From the IMG/VR virus record IMGVR_UViG_3300025941_000004: DNA of 53,854 nt. One strand, 5' to 3'. This document shows, piece after piece, positions 32,749-40,294 of the stretch. The first letter of the stretch is position 1; every line of letters begins with the position of its first letter. This DNA is from a virus. Below the pieces are notes generated by a model. The model searched no databases, had not been told where the DNA came from, and saw only the letters and a program-made list of their open reading frames with translations. Made by a program: the position numbers and the translations under genes.

Positions 32749-33182
32749 CGTACGGGAAGCCCGTAAGGATTGAGCCGGACGGTACGCATGTCTATGCGAA
32801 CTACCACCGGTACAAGCCGGTGCCCAAGGAGAAGCGGAAGTACGCGGTCAGGAAACCATCGGATCCCGATGCTTTCAGAGTCGGGGGCGTGTGGTACCTG
32901 CCGCTGCCCCTGCTGCCGGACCAGGCCCGTGAGATGCCTGAGACCGTCCCTGACGAGGAGACGCTGTACCACCGGGCCTACTGCCGGTGCGAGGTCTGCC
33001 AGCGCCCTGGCGCCGTGCTCCTGTGGCGCAGGGCACACGGTCTGGGCTGGGCTACACGCGCATCTGGGATTCAGCCTGCTCCAACAGGGCCTCATCAGTC
33101 AGTGCCCCACCCTCGAGCCGCTGGAAGATCTGAGCGATCGAGTCGAGGTCCTTGGCTAGCACGGCCTGGAGGAACAGGGTAG
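32745..33182 (+). CDS. Hypothetical Cys-containing protein (145 aa). Its 3-prime 131 nt overlap the convergent gene 33052..33351.
   Basis: GTGA-coupled start. GC3 is high up to about 33050, then drops in the overlap. Confidence 0.4.
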   Translation: MTYGKPVRIEPDGTHVYANYHRYKPVPKEKRKYAVRKPSDPDAFRVGGVWYLPLPLLPDQAREMPETVPDEETLYHRAYCRCEVCQRPGAVLLWRRAHGLGWATRASGIQPAPTGPHQSVPHPRAAGRSERSSRGPWLARPGGTG

Positions 33183-33351
33183 CCGCGGTCTTGTCGAGAA
33201 CGTCGGGGCTGTCCTTCCAGATCATCTGAACGGTGCCGAACCGCTGGTTCCACAGCCATAGGATGCGGGTGTCCAGCGTCTGACGGTGTGAGTCAGGGAT
33301 CTGCTTGCGGTACTTCCGCTGCGGGGTTACCGGCACAAGCTCGCTTGACAT
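33052..33351 (-). CDS. Hypothetical protein (99 aa), last gene of the packaging unit. Has the helix motif IAQIFQRLEGG.
   Basis: GGGAGAGG upstream of ATG 33351. GC3-rich throughout. Confidence 0.6.
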   Translation of the reverse strand: MSSELVPVTPQRKYRKQIPDSHRQTLDTRILWLWNQRFGTVQMIWKDSPDVLDKTAATLFLQAVLAKDLDSIAQIFQRLEGGALTDEALLEQAESQMRV

Positions 33352-33437
33352 GTGCCTCTCCCTAGGAACATCACAACGAACAACAGGTACGAGATGTAGG
33401 CGAATCCGGCTACCGCCGGCACGCCGTAGAAGAACAT
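33327..33437 (-). CDS. 36-aa hydrophobic miniprotein (below the ORF-track threshold)
   Basis: MFFYGVPAVAGFAYISYLLFVVMFLGRGTCQASLCR. An alternative GTG start at 33446 is possible. Confidence 0.35.
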   Translation of the reverse strand: MFFYGVPAVAGFAYISYLLFVVMFLGRGTCQASLCR

Positions 33438-33456
33438 GAGGATCACACCCAGTGCG

Positions 33457-33768
33457 TCACGCTGGGTCGCTTGGTTCTTGGGCACCGATCTCACCTCCGG
33501 CCAGATCCACGAAGTCGATGGTCACATTGTTCCTGGTGGCCGGGTGGCTGCCGGCGCGGCGCTTGCCGACGAGCCGGTCGAGGATCATCTTCCTCGCCTT
33601 GTTGGCTCTGCCCAGGCTGCCACGTACACCGGCCTCCGGCTGGTTGGCGATCTCGTAGAGCGTGCGGGCCACCAGCTCGTGGACCGGCCACTGGATCATC
33701 TCGTCGTCGAGTGGGTTCGGGTAGTCGGCCACATGCTGTAGCGCCTGCCGCACGGTGATCGACTTCAT
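33457..33768 (-). CDS. Hypothetical protein (103 aa) with helix motif ARKMILDRLVGKR. Weak small-terminase candidate.
   Basis: ATGA-coupled to the upstream 56-aa ORF. Track ORF. Confidence 0.6.
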   Translation of the reverse strand: MKSITVRQALQHVADYPNPLDDEMIQWPVHELVARTLYEIANQPEAGVRGSLGRANKARKMILDRLVGKRRAGSHPATRNNVTIDFVDLAGGEIGAQEPSDPA

Positions 33769-33935
33769 GGCAGCTCCCTGGCTGCATGGTGTAGCAGCGC
33801 GGTGGCGATTCGGACGGCGTCTCTGGGCGGGAAGTCGTAGACGTCGCCCTCGCCGTACACGTCTGTCATCTCGAGACGGACCATTCCGTCGACACGGCTG
33901 ACGGTGAAGCCGTCACGCGGTTCATCCTCGTTCAC
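33765..33935 (-). CDS. 56-aa protein coupled to the terminase stop
   Basis: GTGA overlap with the terminase stop and ATGA overlap with the next gene. Translation VNEDEPRDGFTVSRVDGMVRLEMTDVYGEGDVYDF... Confidence 0.45.
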   Translation of the reverse strand: MNEDEPRDGFTVSRVDGMVRLEMTDVYGEGDVYDFPPRDAVRIATALLHHAARELP

Positions 33936-35392
33936 TTGGCCCACACCTTCGACCAGTCCTCGATGTAGTCGACGGACGTCTCGGATCCTGGTTGCTCAAA
34001 AAATTTTCCGCCGAAGAAGTCCAGCTCCTTGGTGGCCTGCACCGCGTAGCGGTAGGCATCCATCGTGTGGCTGAAGCGGTCGTGCAGCGGCTTCTCTGTC
34101 CACATCTGCAGCTTGTGGTTGAACTCGTACTTGTAGTTCTCGAAGCACTCGAGCAGCCACTGGCAGTTGCCCTCGTGGACGATCAGGTTGTACATCTGCA
34201 GCCGTGCCTGCTGGATATCGGTGATGATGTCGTAGTCCCCCTGGCGTGAGCCGGGGATCTTCCACACCTTGCCGGACTTGGCGAGGACGGAGACGTTGGG
34301 GAACTTGGTGCGCATCATGTCCGCGGGCGTGGTGTTCACGGCCTTCTCGTGGTGCTCTCCGTCCCACGGTAGGATCATCTGCGCCACCTGGTTGAACCAG
34401 GGCTTCTCGCGGAGGACGTCGACGTACTCCGGCAGTGCCTTGCCGTGGCCCTCGCCGCAGTCGTATATGAACATCTTCGAGTTGATCCACTGCCAGGCGA
34501 TCCACGCTGTGGCGTCGGAGTGCATCCCGGATGCGCCGATGTCGAAGACCACGTACACCGGATGCGCGGTGTTGAGGTTGAACGTGTGGATCCGCTGGTC
34601 GTTCATCATCGCCATGTACGCCTCGCCGTACACGGCGGCAGCGTCCATCTCCTCGAACGAGCAGTAGTACTCCTGCTCGAACATCCGGTCGTTGCCGAAC
34701 CGGCGGTGGTAGGTCTCGCGGATCTGCTCGAGCTGAGCCTGCGTCAGCACCGGCTCGAGCTTCTCGGCCACCATCATGGCGTTGAGATCGTCGATGGTGC
34801 GGGTGATGACCTTGAAGTCGGGGTTGCCCTCCATCGACTGCATCAGCTGCCACAGCGGGTTCTTCCGCTTGCCTCGTGGAGTCGAGGCGAACATCAGCTT
34901 CTTGTCCTCGGCCCGGTTCTCGATGATCGGGATGAGCCGGGGGATCGGGTCCTCGCGTGTGAACAGGGCGAGCTCGGTGAAGGCGTAGTCCTGGAAGGAC
35001 GTGCCGACACCGTTCTTGTCGCGGCCCGACTGGAAGTAGCCCTGCAGCTTGAGCCGGCTCTTGTTGGAGAACCGGCCCTCCATGACCGTGCCCTTCCAGT
35101 CGACGAGCTCGGTGGGCACGTTGTCCTGCAGGGCCTGGACGTAGAAGCCGGAGGCCGGGTCGAAGTACGTCTTGTCCCACAGAATGTCGCGGATCATCGG
35201 GTTGTCGAGGCTGACGTAGACGCCCGTGGTCTTGGGTGTGCGGAGCCGGCGCTCGCACATCTCCATGCTCATGCCCACGTCCTTGCCCGACTGGCGCGGG
35301 TACACCACGCCCGAGATGCGGTACTTGCGCCACATCTCGTGGGCCTCACGCTGGTACGGGCGAGGCCGGTAGTGGACAGGGAACGTGGGCAT
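33932..35392 (-). CDS. terL: Terminase large subunit (486 aa)
   Basis: ATPase P-loop-like YPRQSGKD. Nuclease motifs VVFDIGASGMHSDATAW and HDRFSHTMDAYRY. Confidence 0.85.
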   Translation of the reverse strand: MPTFPVHYRPRPYQREAHEMWRKYRISGVVYPRQSGKDVGMSMEMCERRLRTPKTTGVYVSLDNPMIRDILWDKTYFDPASGFYVQALQDNVPTELVDWKGTVMEGRFSNKSRLKLQGYFQSGRDKNGVGTSFQDYAFTELALFTREDPIPRLIPIIENRAEDKKLMFASTPRGKRKNPLWQLMQSMEGNPDFKVITRTIDDLNAMMVAEKLEPVLTQAQLEQIRETYHRRFGNDRMFEQEYYCSFEEMDAAAVYGEAYMAMMNDQRIHTFNLNTAHPVYVVFDIGASGMHSDATAWIAWQWINSKMFIYDCGEGHGKALPEYVDVLREKPWFNQVAQMILPWDGEHHEKAVNTTPADMMRTKFPNVSVLAKSGKVWKIPGSRQGDYDIITDIQQARLQMYNLIVHEGNCQWLLECFENYKYEFNHKLQMWTEKPLHDRFSHTMDAYRYAVQATKELDFFGGKFFEQPGSETSVDYIEDWSKVWAK

Positions 35393-35398
35393 CAGGCA

Positions 35399-35548
35399 CT
35401 ACTTCTTGGCCGAGGTCTTCTTGGCCGTGGACTTCTTGGCCGCGGGCTCCTCGTCGTCCTCGTCATCCTCGGAGATACCGTCGACGTGCTCGGGCTCCTC
35501 GAGACCGACGTACTCGCGGTACTGCTCGGCTGCGCTTGCGCTGCTCAT
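35399..35548 (-). CDS. Small acidic protein with basic tail (49 aa)
   Basis: GGGAGGAAG upstream. ATGA overlap. Translation ...ISEDDEDDEEPAAKKSTAKKTSAKK. Confidence 0.5.
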   Translation of the reverse strand: MSSASAAEQYREYVGLEEPEHVDGISEDDEDDEEPAAKKSTAKKTSAKK

Positions 35549-36315
35549 GATCTTCCTCCCTTCGAGGTGAGTGGCCTGATGTCGAAACCAGCTTCGACCA
35601 GCCAATGGTCAGTGTTCAGCTTGAACTCGGTGTCGTCCAGGGCACGGCAGTATGCGGCTGCCACCCGGTTGTCGTGGTCGTAGGAGGCGATCACGTCGTA
35701 GGTGCCGTGGCCGGTGGACTCCCACCGCTTCAGCTCGTCCCATGCCGAGGTGAGCGGCTGGCCCATGAACGTGTCCTCGGTGCGATCGGTGATGTTCTGG
35801 TCGCCGCCGTAGAAGACCAGGTTCCGGCCCTTGCCGTACTCCTTGGCGAGTCGTCCGATCTCGCGGGCGAGCTGCAGGTTGAACTTGGCGTTCACCCTGC
35901 GTCCCGGATCGTTTGCGTCCGGGTTGCCCTTGAGCAGGTAGTGCGCGGTCAGCACGGTGATGGTGCCGACCTCGGCTGTCTTGAACGACACACCGAGCAC
36001 ACCACGTGGGCCGTGCTTGCCCTCACCGTCAGTGGGAGACAGCACGGGTGAGTAGAACCCGTGCCAGCCTCCGGTCATGAACGACTTGCGCACGGCGATC
36101 CAGGAGTCACCGGCACGAGTGGCGACCCGGTAGCCGTACGCTTCGCCGGCATCCTTGATGCGCTCGCGGAAGTCGTCGGTGTTGGCCTCGGTGCCGGTGA
36201 TCCATCCGACCTTCCTGGCCGAGGCCCGCGTGAAGATCTTCTTCAGGTCGGCGTCCTGCCACGCTGGCTTGTCGGTGAACTGCATGGACGCATGCATCGC
36301 ATGGACGCGGGTCAT
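35545..36315 (-). CDS. Endonuclease/exonuclease/phosphatase (EEP, DNase I-like) family protein (256 aa)
   Basis: ITGTEAN (catalytic Glu region), VFYGGDQNITD (GDxN) and LNTDHWLVEAGF (terminal D-H), in family order. Confidence 0.65.
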   Translation of the reverse strand: MTRVHAMHASMQFTDKPAWQDADLKKIFTRASARKVGWITGTEANTDDFRERIKDAGEAYGYRVATRAGDSWIAVRKSFMTGGWHGFYSPVLSPTDGEGKHGPRGVLGVSFKTAEVGTITVLTAHYLLKGNPDANDPGRRVNAKFNLQLAREIGRLAKEYGKGRNLVFYGGDQNITDRTEDTFMGQPLTSAWDELKRWESTGHGTYDVIASYDHDNRVAAAYCRALDDTEFKLNTDHWLVEAGFDIRPLTSKGGRS

Positions 36316-36321
36316 GGTGCC

Positions 36322-37392
36322 TCAGATCTGGAAGTCGGGTAGCCCGATGGTGCCGAACAGGGTGGAGAAGTCTTCCTTCGCCTCACCCGATCCGGCCTTG
36401 GACTGGATGCCTGCCTGCGGCGGGTCGACCGGCTTCCTCGGTGCAGCCGGCGCGGCGGGTGAAGAGGCCGCCGCACCGGCTGCGGGGGTGGCAGGCGCGG
36501 ACAAGGAACGCTCCGCCACCAGCTGGGCCCGGATCTGTTCGATGATCGGCTGCACGGGGATGGAGTAACCCTGCAGTTTCCCCTCGACCCGGAGCTCGTA
36601 CGGAGTAGCCAGCTCCGCAAACCGGTTGGCGAGGGTGACATCGAACTCGGCAGTGCCGGGCACCAGGTCGGGGTTGTTCTGGAACAGCCCGATCGAGGCG
36701 TGGATGGTGGAGAGGAAGTCGGAGTTCTCCTCCATCGCCGTGGTAGCTCGGTCCTTGATCTCCTCGACCAGGATCGACTTCACGGCCTCCTGCCACTCGC
36801 GGGCGTCGTTGACGTCACGGAGTGTCTCCATGCCTTCGCCTTCGAGGACCGGCACCTGCTGACCGACCATCAGCCGCGGGTGCTTGTTGAGGGCCTCGAA
36901 GTACTGGGCGTGCTCGGTCTGTACCTCTTCGAGTGCAGCGGTCTGGTACGCCTGTGCGGTGCGCTCCTCGAGCGCGGTGGACAACTCGCCCAGCCTGGGG
37001 ATCAGCTCTGCGGCTGGGGTAGTCCAAGTCTCTGGGCGATCTCCAGACGGGGGTCCGGCATCGGCTCCATCTCCGGCTCCGGTTCCGGGGGTGGCGGGGG
37101 CTGCTGTGCCGCTATCAGCTCCGCCAGTCCCGGCGGTGTCGGGTCCGGCAGGAGCTCCGGTAGCGGCTGCACCACCGTCACCTGCGGGTGGAGCAGCTGT
37201 TCCAGGAGCAGCACCGTCTGCTGGCTTTCCGTCACCTGCAGGCTGAGCAGTTCCAGCAGGCGCGTCTCCCGCCGCAGGCGTCTCGCCAGCCGCATCCGGC
37301 GCCAGCGCATCCATGAGCGCCGAGAACGCAGCGTCACCGTGGACCGGAATCTCCACCACCTCAGGTGTGGCTTCAGTGGCTTGCTCACCCAT
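36322..37392 (-). CDS. Ala/Pro/Gly-rich plus helical protein (356 aa). Scaffolding-like, function uncertain.
   Basis: ATG 37392 (TAATG overlap with the upstream stop). The long N-terminal extension in track ORF 36322..37806 was rejected. Confidence 0.5.
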   Translation of the reverse strand: MGEQATEATPEVVEIPVHGDAAFSALMDALAPDAAGETPAAGDAPAGTAQPAGDGKPADGAAPGTAAPPAGDGGAAATGAPAGPDTAGTGGADSGTAAPATPGTGAGDGADAGPPSGDRPETWTTPAAELIPRLGELSTALEERTAQAYQTAALEEVQTEHAQYFEALNKHPRLMVGQQVPVLEGEGMETLRDVNDAREWQEAVKSILVEEIKDRATTAMEENSDFLSTIHASIGLFQNNPDLVPGTAEFDVTLANRFAELATPYELRVEGKLQGYSIPVQPIIEQIRAQLVAERSLSAPATPAAGAAASSPAAPAAPRKPVDPPQAGIQSKAGSGEAKEDFSTLFGTIGLPDFQI

Positions 37393-37997
37393 TACTCCTC
37401 CCCCTTGAACTCCATCAGGGTCTGCGTCAGCATCTCCTGGTCGGCCTCGGTGAACTCGAACTTGATCTGCTCGAGCCACGCCACCAGTCCCTGGTCGGAC
37501 AGGAACATCTTGTGGATCTCGGAGATGACGGCGACGTCGATGGCGGCGTAGCCGCTGGTGCAGTCCCACTCCATCTCCCACTCGAGGATGGCGAGCTGCC
37601 AGTTCATCAGCAGGTTCTTGTAGTGGTAGGAGTTCTCGGCTGCGTCCTCGACGGCGTCGTTCTTGGACAGACAGTCGGGGTCGGAGGCGATCTCGAGCTT
37701 GGCGATGTCGAGCATCTGCTGCAGCCGCTTGTAGTACAGGTCGCGGAAGTCGTTCATGTCGGCGTACGCCAGGCCCATGTAGGTGGCGATCATCCGGTTC
37801 GCCCACTGCGGGGTGACGTTCCTCTTCGACTCGGCTGCCGCCGGCTTCAGCACTTCGCGCCAGGCTTCGAGGATCGTGTGGTACGTGGTGTCCTCGTCGC
37901 CCTCGGGCGCGATGTTCAGCGCAGCCAGGTCCACCTTGTCCCGGTCGGAGTACTCGATGGTCTCGATGACCTCGCCGGGGACGACTTCCTCGCTCAT
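37392..37997 (-). CDS. Hypothetical acidic protein (201 aa)
   Basis: ATGA overlap with the upstream gene. In-frame part of track ORF 37392..38411. Confidence 0.6.
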   Translation of the reverse strand: MSEEVVPGEVIETIEYSDRDKVDLAALNIAPEGDEDTTYHTILEAWREVLKPAAAESKRNVTPQWANRMIATYMGLAYADMNDFRDLYYKRLQQMLDIAKLEIASDPDCLSKNDAVEDAAENSYHYKNLLMNWQLAILEWEMEWDCTSGYAAIDVAVISEIHKMFLSDQGLVAWLEQIKFEFTEADQEMLTQTLMEFKGEE

Positions 37998-38749
37998 TCG
38001 GGCACCTTTCCGGTCAGCATCAGCTGACGGTATTCCGCTTCGATCGCACGTACGACGGAGCGGATGTCGTAGCACAGGACGTTCTCGACGTAGACGAGCT
38101 TGGCCTCGGCGGGCACGAGCTCGGCTCCGCCGTAGTAGTCGCGGACCTCGAACAGGTCGAAGCCCTCGAGGCCGTTGTAGGTGTGGACCTTGAACGGGAA
38201 GCGCGGGTCCTTGAAGACGCCGACCTGGTAGGACGGCAGCGTGATCTTGACCTCCGCTGTCCGTGGCGGGCCGTCGCCCGCTACCTCGAAGGTCTCGACG
38301 AACTCGCCCGACTTGGTCTGGACCTGCTTGGTGCCGGTCTCCACGTAGGTCAGCACGCGGCGCCCGCGCGGCTTGGGGTACGCGGGCTTCAGGATCTCCT
38401 CCTGGTACCACTCGCGCCCGGTCTCCGGGTCGATCCGGATGGGCACGTCCTCAGGCTGGCTGTTCTGCCGTTGCCCGGCCATCTCGCCTGGGTCGGCGTG
38501 CCGGACCTCGATGTCCTGTGTCCGTACGGGATCGGGCTCCGGTGCCTCGAACCCGAAGAAGGTGGGCGGCGGCGGCTCTTCCTGGTCGAGCTGTTGCGGC
38601 TCGGGTGGGGCGTCGAGGTCGACTCCGTCGTTGAGCTTGAGCCAGGCAGAGCGCAGGCCCTCGGTGTTGTACTCGCGGTAGTGCTTGTCGAAGTTGACGC
38701 CTGCGGCCTTCAGAGCCTGGTAGTACCGGGCCTTCTCGTTCTGGCTCAT
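37994..38749 (-). CDS. Hypothetical protein (251 aa), first gene of the packaging unit
   Basis: ATG 38749 after TAGGAA. Upstream codons of track ORF 37994..38947 only translate the repeat array (GVYTGVYTGVYT). Confidence 0.6.
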   Translation of the reverse strand: MSQNEKARYYQALKAAGVNFDKHYREYNTEGLRSAWLKLNDGVDLDAPPEPQQLDQEEPPPPTFFGFEAPEPDPVRTQDIEVRHADPGEMAGQRQNSQPEDVPIRIDPETGREWYQEEILKPAYPKPRGRRVLTYVETGTKQVQTKSGEFVETFEVAGDGPPRTAEVKITLPSYQVGVFKDPRFPFKVHTYNGLEGFDLFEVRDYYGGAELVPAEAKLVYVENVLCYDIRSVVRAIEAEYRQLMLTGKVPE

Positions 38750-38820
38750 GTCGTTCCTAGGTAGGTCGGGCGGACGATGTGACGAACAGTAGCAGCGGCG
38801 GCTGGGCGGCGGCGAGAGCG

Positions 38821-39055
38821 TGTAGACACCCGTGTAGACACCCGTGTAGACACCCTTGTAGACACCTCGAATCGCTGCGTTTCCCCAGGTCAGCGCGATG
38901 TAGACACTGTAGACACCAGAAAAGCGGATTCTTTCTGAGTGTGACACTCATAAACTTTGGTCTTTTTTGGTGTCTACGGTGTCTACATGCCTCTGACCTG
39001 CGGTTATGTGTAGACACGAGGGGGTGTCTACAGGGTGTCTACACGGGTGTCTACA
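38821..39055. promoter_or_regulatory. Motif array B: 12 copies of TGTAGACAC / GTGTCTACA between divergent units U2 and U3
   Basis: TGTAGACAC at 38821, 38833, 38845, 38857 (12-bp period), at 38899 and 38908 (9-bp period) and at 39009. GTGTCTAC(G/A) at 38970 and 38979. GTGTCTACA at 39024, 39035 and 39047. Confidence 0.85.
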
Positions 39056-39086
39056 TTTCGGCACCGCCCAGCGGTACGGTGAGGCC

Positions 39087-39200
39087 ATGAGCGAAGCTCC
39101 CGCCGAACAGCATCCCGACTACGACCCTGAGCTCGATGACCCGGACGACGACGCTTCGGAGTCCGAGGGCGAGATCTTCACGGAGCCGGCCAGTGAGTGA
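39087..39200 (+). CDS. Small acidic protein (37 aa)
   Basis: GGTGAGG upstream of ATG 39087. Translation MSEAPAEQHPDYDPELDDPDDDASESEGEIFTEPASE. Confidence 0.45.
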   Translation: MSEAPAEQHPDYDPELDDPDDDASESEGEIFTEPASE

Positions 39201-39420
39201 GCCCAGCGTCGGTCGCATCGTCCACTACGTGTCGTACGGCTCCGCGGGTGGCAAGTTCACCTCCGAGTGCCGGGCCGCAGTGGTCACCGAGATCAACCCG
39301 AACGACATCGGGATCTGTGTTCTCAACCCGACGGGTGTGTTCTTCGACCGGCAGATCCGTCAGTCTGAGGACGAGCACACCGGTGGCACCTGGCACTGGC
39401 CGGAGAGGGTGGAGGAATGA
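39193..39420 (+). CDS. Conserved small phage protein (75 aa)
   Basis: GTG 39193. VGRIVHYVSYGS...CRAAVVTEI...GTWHWPERV pattern is common in actinobacteriophages (from memory). Confidence 0.55.
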   Translation: MSEPSVGRIVHYVSYGSAGGKFTSECRAAVVTEINPNDIGICVLNPTGVFFDRQIRQSEDEHTGGTWHWPERVEE

Positions 39421-39818
39421 GCAACCCGATCCCGCCGTACACGATCTCCACGCCGTACGGCAAGCGTGGGTCGTGGGCCGCCGGCTACCACACCGGAGAC
39501 GACTACTCGACCAAGGGCAAGACCGGTGTCCCGGTTCGTGCCAGCAAGGCGGGCTGGGTCCACTCCACGTTCAACGCGTGGGGCTCGAGCTACGGGATCC
39601 ACGTGGTGCTCATCAACAAGTCGACGGGCATCAGGATCGGCTACTGCCACCTGAGCTCGATCAAGGTGAAGGCCGGGCAGCGGATCAAGAAGGGCCAGAT
39701 CGTCGGGTACTCCGGGAACACTGGGAACTCGACTGGGCCGCACCTGCACTATGAGGAGCGGAAGTCACCGTACGGCTACTGGGACCACCGGAAGCCCGTC
39801 TTCAACAGAACGGACTGA
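39417..39818 (+). CDS. M23-family metallopeptidase endolysin (133 aa)
   Basis: GYHTGDDYS (HxxxD) and GNSTGPHLHYEE (HxH). ATGA overlap. Membrane proteins follow. Confidence 0.8.
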   Translation: MSNPIPPYTISTPYGKRGSWAAGYHTGDDYSTKGKTGVPVRASKAGWVHSTFNAWGSSYGIHVVLINKSTGIRIGYCHLSSIKVKAGQRIKKGQIVGYSGNTGNSTGPHLHYEERKSPYGYWDHRKPVFNRTD

Positions 39819-39819
39819 C

Positions 39820-39975
39820 ATGGACGTCTTGTACTTCATCCTGTTCCTGGTCGCTGCGATCTTCTTCGCCATCGCAGCGGTCGGCGTCAGCCATCCGCGG
39901 CTGAACCTGATCGCAGCCGGACTGTTCTGCTGGGTGCTGGTGCTGGTGATCCACGCCGGGAAGGCGCTCAACTGA
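39820..39975 (+). CDS. Holin-like protein with two TMDs (51 aa)
   Basis: MDVLYFILFLVAAIFFAIAAVGV...LIAAGLFCWVLVLVIHAG. Directly downstream of the endolysin. Confidence 0.6.
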   Translation: MDVLYFILFLVAAIFFAIAAVGVSHPRLNLIAAGLFCWVLVLVIHAGKALN

Positions 39976-40046
39976 TGGGCGCGCTCGGCTGGATCGTGGT
40001 GCTGCTCGTGCTGGCGTTCCTCGTCGTGCTGATCGTGCGACGCTAG
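39975..40046 (+). CDS. 23-aa single-TMD peptide (possible holin partner or antiholin)
   Basis: ATGA overlap. Translation MGALGWIVVLLVLAFLVVLIVRR. Its TAG stop shares CTAG with the stop of the convergent gene. Confidence 0.4.
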   Translation: MGALGWIVVLLVLAFLVVLIVRR

Positions 40047-40294
40047 TGCTTCTTGTGGAAGGGCTGCAGCTTCGACTTGCCCTTCGACTCACCCGGCTTC
40101 TTCTTGAGGCCGGGGTACTTCTGCAGCACCTTCGCACGAATCGCGTCCTTGTCGCCCTCGGTGTCCTTGCGCGCCGACATCGACAGCGCAGCCTTGGCGT
40201 GGGCCTTGTCGTGGATCGGGTACTTGCGCTTGCCCTTGAGGGCGAATGAGCCCTTCTTGAGCTTGTCGCGGTGTTCGGCGTCGAGCTTGGCCAT
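40043..40294 (-). CDS. Small basic protein (83 aa), last gene of the virion operon
   Basis: TGATG overlap with the upstream gene. Translation MAKLDAEHRDKLKKGSFALKGKRKYPIHDKAHAKAALS... Confidence 0.55.
   Translation of the reverse strand: MAKLDAEHRDKLKKGSFALKGKRKYPIHDKAHAKAALSMSARKDTEGDKDAIRAKVLQKYPGLKKKPGESKGKSKLQPFHKKH

Noticed and set aside
33985-34015. Third AAAAAATTTT patch as a promoter
   Set aside because: It lies inside the terminase coding frame, where it encodes FFGGKFFEQP on the minus strand, so it is explained by coding sequence.
33996-35333. 445-aa minus-strand ORF in an alternative frame of the terminase gene
   Set aside because: It is on the same strand but out of frame. The product is Arg/Pro/Gly-rich, while the terminase frame shows clear ATPase and nuclease motifs.
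37393-37806. N-terminal extension of track ORF 36322..37806
   Set aside because: It overlaps the well-formed gene 37392..37997 in another frame. ATG 37392 with a TAATG junction gives a clean start.
38821-38916. A CRISPR-like array (regularly spaced short repeats)
   Set aside because: The repeat unit is only 9 bp with 0-3 bp between copies. There are no spacers of 25-40 bp and no cas genes. It fits a protein-binding array better.
38750-38947. N-terminal extension of track ORF 37994..38947 (…GVYKGVYTGVYTGVYT…)
   Set aside because: The extension is simply the translation of the 12-bp-period TGTAGACAC array. An internal ATG at 38749 begins the protein-like sequence.
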